In this document: positions 59,501 to 64,000 of the stretch, piece after piece
How positions within the stretch are numbered: the first letter of the stretch is position 1
Layout of the letters: each line of letters opens with the position of its first letter
Assembly (NCBI RefSeq): GCF_009914755.1
Contig: NC_060926.1
Source: the human T2T-CHM13v2.0 reference genome, Homo sapiens
Length of the DNA stretch: 64,000 nucleotides
Reading direction: 5' to 3' (one strand)
Program-made: the position numbers and the translations under genes
Notes under the pieces: model-generated
What the model saw: the letters and a program-made list of their open reading frames with translations, nothing else
What the model was told of the DNA's origin: nothing
Database searches by the model: none

Positions 59501-62355
59501 TGTACACATAACCTGCCAGCACTCTTGTTGCTATTAGCTCATTAACACTCATAATAACCCTCTGCAAAAGGTCTAATTATTCCTATTATCTGAAGGAAGC
59601 TGAGGCTCAGACAAAAATCACACAACTAGTAAGAGATGGAGACTGATTCTGAGTTGAGTCTTTCAAGTTCGGCTTTCTGCTTCTACTCAATAAAGCAATG
59701 AAGCTGATATTTTCACGTTGAAATTTTATGTTGGGTACAGTTCAGCTGCAGTGGCTTGTAAGCATTTTCCCCAAAGGCTAACCCTAAGAGCATGAAGATC
59801 TATGAATCAACGTGAATGATCATCACTGCTGGTGAACAGTGGCCTCACCATTGACTACTGAGCAACAAGACAATCTACCCTCCAAATCACAACTGCTCCT
59901 GCCTGAGGAAGTCAATCCAACATCTTAGCACATAAATGCCTCAGGATGACCTTGATGTAGCAGACTTGATCTATAATGCAGCCTGACAGCTGAATACGTG
60001 ATTTCTCAAGGAAAACGTGGTCAAGATAATCATGGCATTTTTTAGTTTTGCCAACATTCTGGCCAAGTGTCTGCAAACTGAAGAATGGAATTTAACTAAC
60101 TTTTCAAGAACACCCAGGGAGTTGATGAGAGAATCAATAAAGAGTGTCTTAGAGTCTATTTCTCATCATGCTGATATTCAGTGAGTTCCTTTATGGAATG
60201 TTTTATGACAGGAACAGAGTGAGAATGTTGAAGGCCATATGAATAGGCTTTGTCTCTTCTATAAGGACAACCTGGTATCCCTAAAGCCTTTTAATTTCTC
60301 ATAGAATGTCAATTCTGACTTGTTTATATACTTCATATTACTACCTTGCCAACAAAAACAGTTTTAAGAAACACTATAGCATAGAAATAGTAATAGACAC
60401 CACTTACAGAGAACTTACTAGTGCTAAGCACTATGTCATCTGATTTAATTCTCACAAAGCGTATATCTTATCATTGATACCCATACTGACTTGAAAAATA
60501 ATTGTTGAAAAATCAGATGTGCAATGTTAGGTTGCCAGGGCCATGTGATGGGTCTGGTAAATCTAGCCTGTTCCCAGAATTAATAATAATAGCTACTATT
60601 TTTTTTAACACCTAATACATATCAGGTATTCTGAATAAATCTCTTCAATCTCACAGCAGTTCTGCAAAATGGGCTGAAAATAGTCATTTTGCAGAGGAGA
60701 AAACTTAGGCTTAAAGAGATAAAACAACTTGTCTATCAATAATATTCTACAAGAAGGTCACAGAGCCAGAGCCTGCAGCAGGTTTGCATAATTTAAAGCT
60801 TGCGCACTTTCCACAGGCTATAAACATACCAAAATGCATTTTCCTGTTTATGTTTTGTGCCACTATCAGGCGTTTCTGACTATTTGGAGAAAAACAGTGT
60901 TAAGGATCACAATATGAAAATGAAGGTTACAAGTTACAGATATATGGAAGGAATCACTTCCACTTTCATAATGGCAGTAATCAGTATTTCTGGTTTTTAG
61001 GATTTCTAGATTTCTTCTTAGGCACAATGCAAATCACAGTCCTAATCAAATAATCTGTTCCCCTAGACCAAAAGAAAGAGCAAAACCAAATTTAGGGCTC
61101 AATTTTAACAACTGTGTAAGACCTATAACCTGAATATGGACATTCAACATTCCTACTCTAACAAATATTTCCCCTGGTCTTGTATTTTTGTTTTAGTTTT
61201 CAATGTCATGACATACTTTTGATCATCTAAGTTACCTTAAATCCTGGGGGATTAATAACTAATAGGGGTTAGATGCTCCCTCTCTCTCTATTAACCACTC
61301 TCACACTAACTCTTCAACTGAGCCAGAGTTCTTCAAGGAAAGAAGAGACATAAGGGCCAGAATTTAGAATTCTTTACAGTGTAGCAACCCGGACACAAAC
61401 CTATGTGAACAATAGTAACCTTCAGGCAGAAATTCTATTTTCTGTTTCAATTCAGGAAAAGGTAAGGCAGATGCAATATAGTTTACTCATCTCTCCTCAG
61501 ATAGACCTTGTTCTTACCCATTCTTGCATCTGGGACCAAAATAATCCTACTAAAGAATATGAAATCAGCTCTGGAAAACAGCACAGCACATTCAGAGTCC
61601 CTATGACCTGGGACCCTCCCCATGTGTCTAAAGGAAACAACAGTAAACTCACCAACATTGAAGAAGGTGCTATTATGATCTCTAGCAACCAAGATAAATC
61701 ACTTGTATAACCATTTGAGTGACCAAAAAGTAGATATTAGAGTGAAACCAAGGCATAGGATGTTTGGCCTTGAAATCTGCTGTCTAAATAAGAAGGGAAA
61801 AGATGGAAGGTATTACCGAGTCTGGCAGTATAAAGACATGTCCTGTCCTCCATTTAGTTCTCCTTTGCTTACTCTGTCCCAGCCACAATGGTCTTCCTTT
61901 AGTTACTCAAAAACACCAAGAACTGTCCTGCCCTTCTTTTCTGATGGCCTGGAATGCCCTTTCTTCCATTCCTCTTCAATAGTCAGCTCTTTCCTCCTCA
62001 CATCCAAGAGAGGCCTTCCCCATCTACTTCGTGTGCATTTCCTTTATGGTACTTACTACAACATACAACTTGCTTTTCGGCAGCTTTTGTGGGCGTCAGG
62101 GTGACGGGGGAGGGTTCCCTATTAGAATATAAGCTCCATTAGGGCAAGGATGTGTCTGTCTTGTTCAGCACTTAACACTATGCTGGGAATACAAAGATAC
62201 TAAGTAATAATAATAATATTTGATGAATAAATGTGGTACTATTATATCAGCCAGAAGCATCCTCTGCATTTCAAAATGACCCTGTGTCCAAAACTGAAAA
62301 GTACTAATCAAATCAGCAGAATTAACAAGAATGACACAAATAATCATAATAGCCT

Positions 62356-62731
62356 TGATATAGTTTGATTGCATGCCCACCCAAATCTCATCTTGAATTA
62401 TAGTTCCCATAATCCCCACGTGTTGTGGGAGGAACCCGGTGGGAGGTAACTGAATCATGGGGGTGGTTACCCCCATGCTGTGCTCACGACAGTGAGTGAG
62501 TTCTCATGAGATCTGATGGTTGTATAAGGGGCTTTTCTCCATTTGCTCTGCACTTCTCCTTCCTGCCTCCCTGTGAAGAAGGTGCATTTCTTCCCCTTCG
62601 TCTTTCGCCATGATTGTAAGTTTCCTGAGGCCTTCCCAGCCACGTGGAACTGAGTCAATTAAACCTCTTTTCTTTATAAATTACCCAAGCTCAGGTATTT
62701 CTTCATAGCAGCGTGAGAATGGACTAATACA
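62356..62731 (+). mobile_element. THE1 (C/D-like) MaLR solo LTR
   Basis: tgatatagtttg...cccacccaaatctcatcttgaatt ... gagaatggactaataca. Confidence 0.93.
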
Positions 62732-64000
62732 AATTTAAAAGAGCCACTCAGTTATACATTTTTCACAGATTTTCTCTAATCTTCACAACCCTCTAAGGTG
62801 AGGATAATGATCCCTGTAACCCAGAAAACAGCGACTCGAAAGGATTAAGAAACATGCTCCAGGCTACATGGTTGGTGGCTGTGGGCAGATTTGGATCTTG
62901 AAAGTTCATCTGACTACAAAACCCATGCTGTCATCAATAGGCCACAGGTAATCTGGTAGTTACTATTGTCTATAAAAATCCACCAACATGTCTAGAATAG
63001 CCAGAAATGAAGATGGCTACTAAGTTTGTAATGAGTGACAAATCAGCCTTGAGTCTGGGGGGTTCAACATGCCCCAGTGGAACCAAGAGGCTGAGAGAGC
63101 CAGTGTCTGCTAGTTGGAAGTGATTCTAGGCATTCATGGCCACCCAAAGCCATCACTGCTATTTAAAACTAGCAAGACATTAAAACAACAACAACAAGAA
63201 AAAGCGGGAAATGGAAAAAAAAAAAAAAAGAGTCCAGCAACTCAAAAACATATGTGTTCATGAGAATTATCTCTGACAAGAGTGAAATTCCAGGAAAAAC
63301 TTCCATTAATGAAGCTGTGATCATATGTCAGATACTACAGGTTAGATATCTTACCACTAAATAATTTAATTTGTATTACTCCTTGCTTAAAGAGGAGGAA
63401 AATGAGCTTCAGAGAAGGGAATTATCTTGCCCATGGACACACACCTAGAAGTGACACCAATAGGATTTGTTTGATCTAGCTATTTTGATTTTAAGGCTTA
63501 TGATTCATCTGCTATATAATGGTATCTCACCCAACCCTCTCTGTGTACACTTATTCGCAAATGTGCTGATGCAGGTGATACCTCCAAAATCAACCAGGAT
63601 GAAGGGGAATGTACAATTATGAGAATAATAACTTCACAGGGGAAAAAATTACTTTTTAAAGGAATAGTAAAACAAAACCCTAAAACAAACAACATTATTT
63701 CTCTTGCAACTTCCCAGTGGCACTCACTCAATAAATAAATGTTGGGCAATTTCTATTGTATTAACAAGGCTGATTTCTAATACTATGTTACCAAGTTAGA
63801 TTAAATAGTAAAGCAAACAGCTGCCTTTTAAGTAAAGAACAGGCAGCACCTAACACCACTTACTAAATCAATATTAAATGCTTTGCCACTCACAAGTGAT
63901 GGTGCCAGGAGGTAATGATTTCCTGCTTTTGTAATTGCTGTGCATCTGCATAATCACAGTGCTACCAGGTATAATGATATGCTAGGAACAGCCTTGCACA

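Noticed and set aside
59327-59567. Ser/Pro/Phe-rich ORFs and a possible triplex
   Set aside because: The ORFs come from a low-complexity purine tract that is interrupted and lacks a clear long mirror repeat.

Overview
This is primate (very likely human) genomic DNA from inside the NBAS gene, which lies on the minus strand. Five GT-AG coding exons (251, 335, 219, 203 and 90 nt; 1098 nt total) splice in frame to ...LSTLEIENRAQDL...VVASG-LNYKKL...KAVTK-LSVEARKEM...KNSEQ-ETLQKY...IISALS-GGSADLGG...ASVDKG. By recalled numbering these are exons 43-47 (about aa 1713-2079). Exon 45 carries the wild-type Arg1914 codon, the site of the SOPH founder variant R1914H. The 90-nt exon is missing from the ORF track. 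Everything else is intron, dense in interspersed repeats: 12 Alu loci, three multi-kb L1s, MER41A, LTR8, MER11, MER31/67-class, THE1 and MLT1 LTRs, hAT-Charlie and Tigger DNA transposons, and L2/MIR fragments. I found no evidence of a new protein-coding system. The most interesting signals are structural or regulatory: an Alu and an L1PB enclosed by one 17-bp TSD, an AluJ-derived candidate poison exon in this NMD-factor gene, a candidate intronic poly(A) site assembled from a MER41A hexamer plus an L1 tail, inverted Alus around an in-frame exon (possible stop-less circRNA), a templated insertion inside an L1, a twin-primed L1, an Alu nested in an Alu, and a Charlie fossil holding four separate insertions. 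Repeat subfamily names and exon or c. numbers come from memory of consensus and reference sequences and need RepeatMasker/BLAST confirmation.
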